NCBI GenBank assembly: GCA_965213935.1
Contig: CBDCAO010000009.1
Coordinates: forward strand, 43,536 to 107,535
Direction of reading: 5' to 3'
Source of the DNA: Thalassobaculaceae bacterium
GTDB lineage: Bacteria; Pseudomonadota; Alphaproteobacteria; Thalassobaculales; Thalassobaculaceae
DNA: 64,000 bases
In this document: positions 37,777 to 47,502 of the stretch, piece by piece
Layout: every line of letters begins with the position of its first letter
Numbering within the stretch: the first letter of the stretch is position 1
The notes under the pieces: generated by a model
Database searches by the model: none
What the model was told of the DNA's origin: nothing
What the model saw: the letters and a program-made list of their open reading frames with translations, nothing else
Position numbers and translations under genes: made by a program

Positions 37777-39270
37777 ATGTACACCGTCATCCGCAACGCA
37801 CGCCTGCTCGACATCGACCGCCACCGGCCCGATCCCGCAGACGTTCTCGTCGATGGTGACACCGTTCACTCGATCGGCCCGCCGGGCATGTCGGCACCTG
37901 CCGACGCCGTGGTGCGTGACGCCCGTGGCCGGCTGATGATGCCGGGCCTGGTCAACGCGCATACCCACGGCCACAACAATCTTGCCAAGAGCCTGGGAGA
38001 CCGCTGGAACCTCGAACTGCTGCTGAATGCCGCACCCTGGATCACGGGAGGCCGCACGCTCGAGGACAAGTACCTTTCCACACTGATCGGCGCCGTGGAG
38101 ATGGTGCGCAAGGGATGCACCGCTGCCTACGACCTGACCTTCGAGTTCCCGGTCCCCACCCCGGACGGGCTCGACGCGGTCGGGCGCGCCTACAACGATG
38201 TCGGAATGCGTGCCGTCATCGCACCGATGATGGCCGACCGAACCTTCTACCAGGCGGTTCCCGGCCTGCTGGACGCGCTTCCCGCCTCGGTCCGCCGTGA
38301 TGCCGAGGCGGTGGCGATCGAACCGTTTGCAACCAGCCTTGCCGCGTGGGAGCGCGCGCTCGCCGCCTGGTCGTTCAGTCGCGACCGGGTCCGGCTGGCG
38401 CTGGCCCCGACCATCCCGCATCACTGCAGTACCGAGTTCCTGCGCGCGGCACGGCTGGCCGCCGTGGAACACGGGGTCGGATTGCACACCCACCTGGCGG
38501 AGTCGAAGGTGCAGGCCCATGCGGGCATGCAGCTTTACGGGATGACCCAGACCGCGTGGCTCGATCACCTCGGCATCCTCGGGCCGGATTTCGTGGCCGC
38601 GCACGCGGTATGGCTCGACCGCGACGACATGCGCCGGATCGCCGATGCCGGCGGCGCCGTCGCCCACAATCCCGGCTCGAACGCACGGCTTGGCAACGGC
38701 CTCGCCGCATCCCGGGCGTTACTCGACGCCGGGGTCAGGGTCGGAATCGGCACCGATGCCTGTACCTGCTCCGACAACCTCAACATGTTCGAGGCGATGC
38801 GGGTTGCATCCATGGTCTCGCGGGTGCAGGAACTCGATCCGGAACGCTGGCTCGCCACCGACGAGATCCTTGCGCTGGCAACCCAGGGCAGTGCTGACGT
38901 ACTCGGGTTCGGCGAGGAGATCGGCAGCATTGCTCCGGGTCGGAAGGCCGACATCGTCTTTCTCGACCTCGACCGGATCAACTACGTCCCGCTCAACGAC
39001 CCGGTCAACCAGATCGTGCACGGGGAGGACGGTACCGGAGTCGAGTCCGTGATGATCGGCGGGCGCATGGTGCTCGAGAACGGGCGGATGGTCACGGTGA
39101 ACGAAGCCAGACTTGCCCGTGACGCCGAGGTCGCGGCCGAACGTCTTGCCGCGGTCAATGCGGACGCCCGGGCCGCCGCCGAACGCCTGCAGGAGCCCGT
39201 ACGCCGGTTCGCCGTCGAACTCGCCCGGCGTGACTACCACGTCGAACGCCACGCCCGGTGCACCCACTGA
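37777..39270 (+). CDS. amidohydrolase-family protein (deaminase/chlorohydrolase-like)
   Basis: MMPGLVNAHTHGHNNL (HxH metal motif) plus later HLAES and AHAVWL motifs. Confidence 0.8.
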   Translation: MYTVIRNARLLDIDRHRPDPADVLVDGDTVHSIGPPGMSAPADAVVRDARGRLMMPGLVNAHTHGHNNLAKSLGDRWNLELLLNAAPWITGGRTLEDKYLSTLIGAVEMVRKGCTAAYDLTFEFPVPTPDGLDAVGRAYNDVGMRAVIAPMMADRTFYQAVPGLLDALPASVRRDAEAVAIEPFATSLAAWERALAAWSFSRDRVRLALAPTIPHHCSTEFLRAARLAAVEHGVGLHTHLAESKVQAHAGMQLYGMTQTAWLDHLGILGPDFVAAHAVWLDRDDMRRIADAGGAVAHNPGSNARLGNGLAASRALLDAGVRVGIGTDACTCSDNLNMFEAMRVASMVSRVQELDPERWLATDEILALATQGSADVLGFGEEIGSIAPGRKADIVFLDLDRINYVPLNDPVNQIVHGEDGTGVESVMIGGRMVLENGRMVTVNEARLARDAEVAAERLAAVNADARAAAERLQEPVRRFAVELARRDYHVERHARCTH

Positions 39271-39462
39271 TACCACGCTCCCGAGCCCGGCGGATGCGGC
39301 CTGCGACGCGCGAACATTGACATTTCGGGAACGTCGACCCGATCATGGGGTTGCCGCGCCGGAACGGCAGGCAAGGGCCCATGCATCCCGGCACGACGAC
39401 AATCCGGACCGGAGCGTCGACAGCACCCGCGGACAGGGCAGCACTATTCAGGAGGCAACGTG

Positions 39463-40494
39463 ATGAAGCGCACACTTCTCGTGGCGGGACTTGCCGGTCT
39501 CGTCGGATTCGGAATGTCCGGCGTGGCCGGCGCACAGATGAAGCTGGACATGGCCACGCCGTGGGCCGGGGGCGTCATGCTCGAATATGCCGCGCGTGGC
39601 GCAGCGGCGAACATGGAAATGACCTCGAACAACACCATCGACATCGAGGTCTACCCCGCCGGCACGCTTGGCAAGGCGCTGAAGGTGACGGATGCGGTCG
39701 CGAAGGGCGTTGCCCAGACCAGTCACAACTGGCCCGGCTACGACTGGGGTGTCGACAAGACCTCGATCCTGTTCGGCGGATTTGCCGGCACGATGGCCTG
39801 GGACAAGATGATGCACTGGGTCTTCAAGGGCGGCGGCCAGGAAATGATGATGGACTGGCGCATGGAGAAGTTCAACGTCGCCGCGGTTCCGTGCGGTTCC
39901 GCGCCGCGTGAGCTGTTCCTGCACAGCCACAAGGCAGTCCGCAGCCTTGAGGACTATGTCGGCATGAAGGTTCGCACCGCCGGTGCATGGGCCGAGATCG
40001 CCCAGAAGCTCGGTGCCTCCACAGTCATCCTGGCCGGCGCGGAGGTCTATCCGGCGCTGGAACGCAAGGTCGTCGACGGGATCGAGTGGGGAACACCAAC
40101 CCACAACATCGCGGCCGGTTTCGAAAAGGTCGCCAAATACATCATCGTTCCCGGCGTCCATCAGCCGGTCGCCATGCACGAGTGCGAGTTTAACAAGGAA
40201 GTCTGGGACAGCATGACCGACCTGCAGCAGAGCCAGATGAAGGCTGCCGGCCAGCTCATCACCTGGGACCTGTACCTGCATCTCGGACACTCCGACGCAC
40301 CGAACTGGATGACGTACGCCAACAGCGAGAAGAACGAGGTCATCGACCTGCCGCAGGAATTCAAGGACGCAGCGCGCAAGGCGACCGAGGAGTGGGTTGT
40401 CGAGCAGGGAACGGAAAACGAGTGGTTCACCAAGGTCTGGGCGGCGCAGCAGGATTACGCGTCTGTCTGGTCTCAGGCACATCGCTATCGCTGA
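39463..40494 (+). CDS. TRAP transporter substrate-binding protein (COG4663-like)
   Basis: It has a signal peptide. The layout (W-P...YPAGTLG...GGGQE...KVRTAG...VYPALERKVVDGIEWG...) matches the DctP-type/FcbT1-like receptors. The ATG lies 7 nt after GGAGG. Confidence 0.75.
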   Translation: MKRTLLVAGLAGLVGFGMSGVAGAQMKLDMATPWAGGVMLEYAARGAAANMEMTSNNTIDIEVYPAGTLGKALKVTDAVAKGVAQTSHNWPGYDWGVDKTSILFGGFAGTMAWDKMMHWVFKGGGQEMMMDWRMEKFNVAAVPCGSAPRELFLHSHKAVRSLEDYVGMKVRTAGAWAEIAQKLGASTVILAGAEVYPALERKVVDGIEWGTPTHNIAAGFEKVAKYIIVPGVHQPVAMHECEFNKEVWDSMTDLQQSQMKAAGQLITWDLYLHLGHSDAPNWMTYANSEKNEVIDLPQEFKDAARKATEEWVVEQGTENEWFTKVWAAQQDYASVWSQAHRYR

Positions 40495-40520
40495 TCCCGA
40501 CCCTACATACGCCTATCACT

Positions 40521-40551
40521 GGCGCCGGCCCCTGGGCCGGCGCCTTTTTTT
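40521..40551 (+). terminator. rho-independent terminator
   Basis: GGCGCCGGCC-CCTG-GGCCGGCGCC followed by TTTTTTT, 27 nt after the stop of the TRAP receptor gene. Confidence 0.85.
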
Positions 40552-40570
40552 CTCCCTTCTCAGCGTGGAG

Positions 40571-42037
40571 TCAGCTGTTGTGCCGGCGGGCCGCATTGCG
40601 ACCGGCGAGCCGGCCGGTCACCGCACCACGCATTACCGATGTCGCACCGGTATAGGTCCGGTAGTAAAGCCCGGCGACCTCGCCGGCCGCGTAGAGTCCC
40701 GGGACGGGGTCGCCCTCGGTGCTGATCACCCGGGCCCGGGTATCAATCTTGACCCCGCCGAAGGTAAAGCAGTTCGCGCAGATGACCGGCCAGGCCCGAA
40801 ACGGCGGACGCTCGATCGGACGCGCCCAGTTCGACTTGCGTGGCGCGATGCCACTGGTCATCCGCCCGTCGGGCCGCAGCGGATCCACCGGGTCGGCGGA
40901 CGGGCAGGATGCATTGTAGTCCGTGATGGTACGGGTGAGCACGTCGCCATCCAGACCTGCCAGCTGACCGAGTTCCCCGAGCGTGTCCGCCTCGAACGGC
41001 AGTACCCGCGAGCGCACCGTCACCTGCCACCCGGTGATATCGTCAAGACCCGCATCGTGTATGGCGTGCGCGATTCCGAACGGCTGGCGCATGATCTCCC
41101 GGGCCGTGGCTTCGTAGGTCGCGTCCACCATGCCCGGCGCCTCGTCGGTAAACCGGCGGGCACAGGCATTGACCAGCACGCCCCACGGATAGTTCAGGAC
41201 AACCGGCTCCGTATCGGTCGAGCGCGGATCAACAGGCTGGGCGTGAAAGCTGCCGAAATCGCCACATGCCGCGGCACCGGCGTCGAGTGCCATGCGAACG
41301 CCCTCGCCGCGGTTGTAGTGTCCGCCCCGCGAGACCGGGCGGACATACTGCGCATGCGATCCGACGTACCGGCTCATCATCTCCGGGTTTCCCTGGAACC
41401 CGCCACAGGCGAGCACTACGGCCGGCGCGGTAATCCGGATTCGGCGATTGCCCGGTCCGACCGCATGCACCCCGGTGACCGCGCCGTCATCATCGAACAT
41501 CAGTCCGTGTGCCGCGGTCCGGTAGTGCACCTCGATCCCGTCACTGGCGTCGATCCTGGCCCCAAGCGTGTCAACCAGGGCAAGACCGCCGCCGGCCGGC
41601 GCCATGCGGGTGGTGCTCTGGCTCAGGAAATACAGCGGCAGGTGTTCAAACCTGATCCCGAATCGCCCGAGCCACGCGAGTGTCGACGGCGCCTCTTCGG
41701 CGATGGTTGCAACAAGGTGCGGATCGATGACGCCGAGCGCGCGGAGTACCCCGGGCTGGTCCTCGGGCGAACGGACCGCATCGCGCATGATGCCGGGGTC
41801 GGGCCACCCGCCGGCGTTGGCGGCAAAACTGTCCTCGAAGTCGTCCGAGACCGACGAGGCATCCTTCATGCGCCAGAAACTCTCGGTATAGCGGGTGTTT
41901 CCGCCCCGCTCGTCGCGTGGCGCCCGTTCCAGCACGCCGACGCGCGCACCTTCCTCCCGCGCAGTCAGCGCAGCCGCCAGACCGGCTATTCCGCACCCGA
42001 CAACCAGCACATCGACCTTCATCGTCCCCTCCGTCAT
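40571..42037 (-). CDS. FAD-binding flavoprotein (FrdA/SdhA/TcuA-like dehydrogenase)
   Basis: VDVLVVGCGIAGLAAALTAREEG is an FAD motif. ERGGNTRYTE and the C-terminal GLYAAGE motif fit the fumarate-reductase-type flavoprotein family. An alternative start is at 42022. Confidence 0.8.
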   Translation of the reverse strand: MTEGTMKVDVLVVGCGIAGLAAALTAREEGARVGVLERAPRDERGGNTRYTESFWRMKDASSVSDDFEDSFAANAGGWPDPGIMRDAVRSPEDQPGVLRALGVIDPHLVATIAEEAPSTLAWLGRFGIRFEHLPLYFLSQSTTRMAPAGGGLALVDTLGARIDASDGIEVHYRTAAHGLMFDDDGAVTGVHAVGPGNRRIRITAPAVVLACGGFQGNPEMMSRYVGSHAQYVRPVSRGGHYNRGEGVRMALDAGAAACGDFGSFHAQPVDPRSTDTEPVVLNYPWGVLVNACARRFTDEAPGMVDATYEATAREIMRQPFGIAHAIHDAGLDDITGWQVTVRSRVLPFEADTLGELGQLAGLDGDVLTRTITDYNASCPSADPVDPLRPDGRMTSGIAPRKSNWARPIERPPFRAWPVICANCFTFGGVKIDTRARVISTEGDPVPGLYAAGEVAGLYYRTYTGATSVMRGAVTGRLAGRNAARRHNS

Positions 42038-42122
42038 CCCCGCGCCGGCCGTTCAGGCGGGACAGCCCGGACCCCGGATGGTAGCCTCGGGCCCGGCCGA
42101 CGCAAGGCCACGGATCACTCAC

Positions 42123-42878
42123 ATGGGGCATGGCATGACACTGGAAGGACGGACCGCCTTCATTTCCGGCGGAGGCAGGAACATCGGCCGGGCGATCGCA
42201 CTCGAACTTGCCGATGCCGGATGCGACGTTGTGATCAACGGCAGGCAGGACAGGGCTGTTTGCGACGAGGTTGCGGGCGAGGTCGCTGCCCGTGGCCGCC
42301 AGGTCCTGGTCCAGATGGGGGACATCGGTGATCCCGCCGGGGTCCGTTCGATGGCGAAGACCGCGCTGGAGCGGTTCGGCCGGATAGACATCCTGGTCAA
42401 CAACGCGGCCATCCGTCCGGAAAAGCCGTTCCTGGAGATGACGGACGAGGACTGGCACCGCGTCCTGGCCGTTGACCTGCATTCGGCCTTCTATACCTGC
42501 CGTGCCCTGCTTCCCGGCATGGTCGAGGGCAACTGGGGGCGTGTCATCAACATCACCGGCATGAACGCGATCCACGGCTACAGCGGTCGGGCACCGGTCT
42601 CGGCCGCCAAGCATGGACTGTGGGGCCTGACCAAGGCGCTTGCCAAGGAGTTCGGACCGGCGGGGATCACGACCAACGCGATCTCGCCGGGGCCGATCGC
42701 GACCGAGCACAAGGACCCGCACATGGCGCGGCACATCGAGGAGCACCGCCCGCACGTTCCGCTCCGCCGGCTCGGGGAACCGGGCGAGATTGCCGGACTG
42801 GTCGGCTATCTCTGCGGAGGCAGTGGCGGATTCGTCAACGGACAGATGTTCGCCGTCAATGGCGGCATGCAGACCTGA
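42123..42878 (+). CDS. SDR-family oxidoreductase
   Basis: GRTAFISGGGRNIGRAIA, NNAA and the SAAKHGL (YxxxK-equivalent) region. An alternative ATG is at 42135. Confidence 0.8.
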   Translation: MGHGMTLEGRTAFISGGGRNIGRAIALELADAGCDVVINGRQDRAVCDEVAGEVAARGRQVLVQMGDIGDPAGVRSMAKTALERFGRIDILVNNAAIRPEKPFLEMTDEDWHRVLAVDLHSAFYTCRALLPGMVEGNWGRVINITGMNAIHGYSGRAPVSAAKHGLWGLTKALAKEFGPAGITTNAISPGPIATEHKDPHMARHIEEHRPHVPLRRLGEPGEIAGLVGYLCGGSGGFVNGQMFAVNGGMQT

Positions 42879-42901
42879 CCAGGGGTTGACGACCGCATTT
42901 C

Positions 42902-42929
42902 ATTTCCACTATTATAGAAATATGGAAAT
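42902..42929. promoter_or_regulatory. inverted repeat overlapping the arsR start (candidate ArsR operator)
   Basis: ATTTCCA-N14-TGGAAAT sits in an AT-rich patch. The right arm overlaps the ATG at 42922. Confidence 0.45.
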
Positions 42930-43239
42930 TGAATCCGTCGTCGCCGCACTTGCCGCACTGGCGCACGAGACACGCCTGGCCGCGTTTCGCCACCTCGTGG
43001 TGTGCGGCCCGCACGGTTCTCCAGCCGGGCACATCGCCGAGCGTCTCGGCCTGCCGGCGGCGACATTGTCGTTTCACCTGAAGGAACTCAGGTCCGCGGG
43101 TCTGGTGACCTGCGATCGCAACGGCCGGTCAGTGATCTACCGTACCGACTGCGCGCGCATGGAGGAGCTGATTCGGTTTCTCACCCGAAACTGCTGCCAT
43201 GGAGAAACGGCGCTCGCACAACAGGAGAGGGTCCCATGA
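42922..43239 (+). CDS. ArsR/SmtB-family transcriptional regulator
   Basis: LAALAHETRLAAFRHLVVCGPHGSPAGHIAERLGLPAATLSFHLKELRSAGLV is the wHTH of ArsR-family repressors. Confidence 0.85.
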   Translation: MEIESVVAALAALAHETRLAAFRHLVVCGPHGSPAGHIAERLGLPAATLSFHLKELRSAGLVTCDRNGRSVIYRTDCARMEELIRFLTRNCCHGETALAQQERVP

Positions 43240-43715
43240 GACTTCAGCTGGCACTCAACGTCGAGAACCTTGACGAGGCGATCCCGTTCTACGAGCAGAT
43301 GTTCGGCACGCGGGTCAGCAAGCGCAAGCCGGGCTACGCCAACTTCGCGATCGACAGGCCACCGCTCAAGCTGGTTCTGTTCGAGGCTCCGGATGCTCCG
43401 GAACGCATCAACCACCTGGGTGTCGAGGTCTTTGACGACGACGAGGTAACGGCGGCAATCAATCGACTGCAGGACGGCAAACTCGAGCACATCATCGAAC
43501 AGGAGACCACCTGTTGCTACGCGACCCAGAACAAGGTCTGGGCCCGGGAGCCCCAGGGTCTGCGCTGGGAGTGGTACCGGGTGCTTGCCGACAGCGAGAA
43601 GAGGTACGGTCCGCGTGATCGGGGCCTCGTCCCCGACAGCACCAATCCCGGACTCTGTTGCGTCGACGAGGAGCCGGATCCCTGTTGCGCCGGACAGGAC
43701 GCAGACAGGAACTGA
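43236..43715 (+). CDS. ArsI/CadI-family VOC metalloenzyme
   Basis: It has an ATGA overlap with arsR. Supporting features are the glyoxalase-fold N-terminus (LNVENLDEAIPFYEQMFG), HLGVEV, the vicinal-Cys motif ETTCCYATQNKVW and a Cys-rich tail. Confidence 0.75.
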   Translation: MRLQLALNVENLDEAIPFYEQMFGTRVSKRKPGYANFAIDRPPLKLVLFEAPDAPERINHLGVEVFDDDEVTAAINRLQDGKLEHIIEQETTCCYATQNKVWAREPQGLRWEWYRVLADSEKRYGPRDRGLVPDSTNPGLCCVDEEPDPCCAGQDADRN

Positions 43716-43880
43716 CCGGCCGGGCCTGAAACTCCCTCCCGTTGCCGGGCGTGCCGTACGCGGTATCATGCCGACACAACGGGCCGATCCGCGGCTGGAC
43801 GAGGCAGCATCATCGACCCGTCGAAACTTCATGTCGCGCGGCCCGGTGCCGTGCGGTACCCATAGCCGCCGGAGGACAGC

Positions 43881-44255
43881 ATGACATCGTCCAAGCCGAG
43901 TAACGAACCGACACCCAACGGCTCCACCTATGTCCGTCCCCAGGACATGGACTGGAAACCGACCCGGTTCGAGGGCATCTCGATCAAGGTTCTCTACGAG
44001 GACCGGGACAAGGGAGAGATGACCTGCCTGCTCAAGTGGAAGCCCGGCGCCAGCCTTCCGTTCCATCGCCATCCGGAGATCGAGCAGAGCTACGTGCTCG
44101 AGGGCTCGTTCTACGATCACGACGGCATTGCGCGGGCCGGCGAGTACGTCTGGCGGGTGCCGGAATCAAAGCACGAGACGCACTCGGACGAGGGCTGCGT
44201 GATCCTGGCGGTCTATCGCAAGCCGAACGTATTCCGTTCCAGCGCCGGTTTCTGA
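43881..44255 (+). CDS. cupin domain protein (ChrR C-terminal-like)
   Basis: GASLPFHRHPEIEQSYVLEGSFYD...H is a cupin metal-site pattern. Confidence 0.7.
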   Translation: MTSSKPSNEPTPNGSTYVRPQDMDWKPTRFEGISIKVLYEDRDKGEMTCLLKWKPGASLPFHRHPEIEQSYVLEGSFYDHDGIARAGEYVWRVPESKHETHSDEGCVILAVYRKPNVFRSSAGF

Positions 44256-44688
44256 GGTCCTCCCGGACACCCCCCAACCGTCGCTCCTGCCCCGACGCAC
44301 CGGGTGGGGCTTGCGCGCGCGCCAACCTGCCCGAGGAGATCACCCGATGCTGCCGTCGCCGCTCCGCGAGGTTCTCGGCATCGAATGTCCGGCAGTGCCG
44401 ACGCGGCCTGCGATGCAGTCGGGTTCGAAATCAGGGGCGTCGTCCTGCCCGGTTCTGCCCTTTTGCTTCGGCGGATCATCCGGGGTCGTGAGATGAGTGA
44501 AAGACCGATCGGCATCAACGCGCCGTCGCCGTTTCCGGGACGTTTCTTCCTGAACGAGCGGGGCACGAAGGTGGTTGCCGTGGCGGGCAGGGGCATCGGC
44601 TCGACAGCAGAAATCGTGACGAGCCTGGCCGCGGATGCACGGGCCACGCCACGCACCGGCTGTGCCAGGTCCACGGAAGGCTGAACGG

Positions 44689-45735
44689 ATGGAGTTCGGA
44701 CTGTTCCTCGAATTCGGAGTCCGCAACGGCCACCCGGCGGGCGATATCTTCCGTGAGGGCATCGCGCTCACGGAGCTGGCCGAACGGCTGGGACTGCAGT
44801 CGGTCTGGCTGGCGGAGTTCCACTTCATGCCGGACCGTTCGGTCCTGTCCTCTCCGATTGCGGTGGCCGCAGCGCTCGCGACACGCACAAGACGGGTCCG
44901 GATCGGGATGGCGGTCTACGTGCTGCCGCTGGTGCACCCGCTTCGGGTCGCGGAGGAGGTGGCGACAGTTGACCAGATCAGTAACGGGCGGTTCGATCTC
45001 GGAATCGGACGCAGCGGGTTCCTCGCGCAGTACCGGGGCTACGATATCGACTATGGCGAGAGCGAGGCACGGTTTGACGAGGCTCTCGAGGTGCTGAAGG
45101 GGGCGTTTGCCGGCAGACGGTTCTCCTACGAGGGTCGCTACTATCGGGTGCGCGATGCGGCGCTGATGCCACCGGCGTACCAGAAGCCGCACCCACCGAT
45201 GTACATGGCCGCGACTTCCGCCTCCACGTTCGTCAAGGTGGCCCGGCTGGGCCTGCCACTGTTCGTCGGGCTGCGCGGCGACGGGCTGGAGCCGCTCGCC
45301 GCCAACATCCGTAGCTATCGCGAAGCCTGGGCCGAGGCGGGACATCCAGGCCGCCCGCAGGTGCACCTGCGCGTTCCGGTCTATGCCGGCGCCACGCCGC
45401 AGGCCGCGGTTGCCGAGGCCAGACCGACCCTCGTTTACTATTTCGAGCGGCAGGCCCGTCTGATCGCCAGCCAGGGGGCAAGACCGGGGCACGGACCGGG
45501 TGGAGCGGCGACGATCGCGGCCCGTCTCGCCGCACTCACCTGGGACGACATCCGCACCCACTATGCCGCGGTTGGCTCGTCCGACCAGCTCGTCGAGACC
45601 CTGGGCGAGTGGCGCGAAACCCTCGACATCGATGGCGTCATGATCGAGACCAATCCCGGCAACGGGCTCACCGAGACCCAGGCCGCGGACAACGTCTCGC
45701 GCATCGCCGAGGAGATCATGCCGGCGCTGGCGTGA
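44689..45735 (+). CDS. LLM-class flavin-dependent oxidoreductase
   Basis: Start at MEFGLFLEF. VWLAEFHF and GRFDLGIGRSGF are luciferase-like motifs. Confidence 0.8.
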   Translation: MEFGLFLEFGVRNGHPAGDIFREGIALTELAERLGLQSVWLAEFHFMPDRSVLSSPIAVAAALATRTRRVRIGMAVYVLPLVHPLRVAEEVATVDQISNGRFDLGIGRSGFLAQYRGYDIDYGESEARFDEALEVLKGAFAGRRFSYEGRYYRVRDAALMPPAYQKPHPPMYMAATSASTFVKVARLGLPLFVGLRGDGLEPLAANIRSYREAWAEAGHPGRPQVHLRVPVYAGATPQAAVAEARPTLVYYFERQARLIASQGARPGHGPGGAATIAARLAALTWDDIRTHYAAVGSSDQLVETLGEWRETLDIDGVMIETNPGNGLTETQAADNVSRIAEEIMPALA

Positions 45736-45962
45736 ACACGTGACGCGCGGTCGGGGAGGAGCGTCGGCATCGACCGGCCGGGCACCTTCGCCACGCACCG
45801 GAAGGGACAGTCTGGCGCCGGTCGGACGCGCGTTCCGGGTCTGGCGGAATGGTGGCGCAGACCCCGTTCTCCGAGCGCATGGCGGCAATCGCGCACTCGA
45901 TGCCGCATCGGTCAGGGACTACCATTCGCGCGCAACGGCGCCGGAAAGAGGGAGGGCAGCAC

Positions 45963-47441
45963 ATGTACCTCGGCATCGACCTCGGCACTTCGGCGGTGAA
46001 GGCAGTCCTGCTCGACGACGAGGGCCGCATCGCCGGTCAGTCAGCGGTTTCGCTCGGCGTCTCGACACCCCGCCCCCTGTGGTCGGAGCAGGACCCCGAG
46101 GCCTGGTGGGCGGCTGCCTGCCGTGCCGTGGACGAACTGAAGACCGGGCACGGCCCGGCACTCGCCGGCGTTCGGGCGATCGGCCTTTCCGGCCAGCAGC
46201 ATGGCGCCACGCTGCTCGACGCGCGCGGGTCCGTTCTGCGGCCCGCCATCCTGTGGAATGACGGGCGCTCGGGCGCCGAGTGCATGGCAATCGAGGCCGC
46301 GGTTCCGGACTCGCGGCAGATCACCGGCAACCTCGCGATGCCTGGCTTCACCGCGCCGAAACTGATGTGGGTGGCCCGGCATGAACCCGAGGTGTTCAAG
46401 CGCATCGCCACGGTGCTGCTGCCCAAGGACTATCTGCGCTACCGGCTGAGCGGAGAGCGTGTGGCGGAGATGTCCGACGCATCCGGAACTCTCTGGCTCG
46501 ATGTGGGAAACCGCTGCTGGTCCGACCAGATGCTCGCTGCCACCGGACTCGGCCCCGGGCATATGCCCCGGCTCGTGGAAGGCAGCGCGCCTTCGGCCAC
46601 CCTGTCGCCGGCCCTTGCCCGGCGCTGGGGCCTCTCGGGCGAGGTGGTCATCGCCGGCGGGGCCGGCGACAATGCGGCGGGCGCCGTCGGGATCGGGACG
46701 GTGACGCCGGGGCTCGCTTTCCTCTCTCTGGGCACCTCGGGGGTGCTCTTCGCCTCAAACCGCGCCTTCACGCCCAATCCGGACCGTGCGGTCCACGCGT
46801 TCTGCCATTGCATCCCGGACACCTGGCACCAGATGTCGGTCATTCTGAGCGCCGGCGCCTGCCTTTCCTGGGCCGCGACGGCGACTGGCGCCGCAAACGA
46901 GGGCGAACTCGCCATGGAGGCGGAACCGACGGAAGCGCGCCTGGAGCGCACGCCACTGTTCCTGCCCTACCTTGCCGGCGAGCGCACTCCGCACGCCGAC
47001 CCGCACGCCAAGGGCGTGTTCTTCGGCCTTGATCTGGCGGCGCGGCGCGGTGACCTCGGGTGGGCGGTCCTCGAGGGTGTCGCCTTCGCCTTTGCGGACG
47101 GATACGAGGCCCTGGTCGAGGCCGGGTCGGACATCGACGAGATTTCGGTCATCGGCGGCGGAGCGCGCAGTGTCCTGTGGAGCCGCATTCTCGCCGCCGC
47201 TCTCCGGCGCCCGCTGACCTATCACGCGGGAAGCGAAGTCGGCCCGGCGCTTGGAGCCGCGCGTCTCGCACGCCTTGCCGCGACCGGCGAACGGCCGGAG
47301 GATGTGTGCACACGGCCGGCTGTCGAACGGGTGGCCGAGCCCGAGGAAGAACTTGCCGACCGGCTCGCCGGACGCCTGGAACGCTGGCGCGCCCTCTATC
47401 GCGTCCTCAGGCCGGAGATGCGACGGATCCACGCCGCCTGA
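45963..47441 (+). CDS. xylB: xylulokinase
   Basis: MYLGIDLGTSAVKAVLLD and the FGGY kinase motifs (GGGARS). Length is 492 aa. Confidence 0.85.
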   Translation: MYLGIDLGTSAVKAVLLDDEGRIAGQSAVSLGVSTPRPLWSEQDPEAWWAAACRAVDELKTGHGPALAGVRAIGLSGQQHGATLLDARGSVLRPAILWNDGRSGAECMAIEAAVPDSRQITGNLAMPGFTAPKLMWVARHEPEVFKRIATVLLPKDYLRYRLSGERVAEMSDASGTLWLDVGNRCWSDQMLAATGLGPGHMPRLVEGSAPSATLSPALARRWGLSGEVVIAGGAGDNAAGAVGIGTVTPGLAFLSLGTSGVLFASNRAFTPNPDRAVHAFCHCIPDTWHQMSVILSAGACLSWAATATGAANEGELAMEAEPTEARLERTPLFLPYLAGERTPHADPHAKGVFFGLDLAARRGDLGWAVLEGVAFAFADGYEALVEAGSDIDEISVIGGGARSVLWSRILAAALRRPLTYHAGSEVGPALGAARLARLAATGERPEDVCTRPAVERVAEPEEELADRLAGRLERWRALYRVLRPEMRRIHAA

Positions 47442-47452
47442 ACCGGCCGCAA

Positions 47453-47488
47453 CGACCCTCGCTCCGCCGCGGGCGGGAGCGAGGGTCG
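47453..47488. terminator. 13-bp GC hairpin between convergent xylB and the ABC receptor gene (no U-tract)
   Basis: CGACCCTCGCTCC-(10 nt)-GGAGCGAGGGTCG. Confidence 0.4.
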
Positions 47489-47502
47489 CTGATGCGCAGC
47501 GG

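Noticed and set aside
40397-42331. 644-aa plus-strand ORF
   Set aside because: It is antisense to the FAD flavoprotein gene. It is a shadow ORF.
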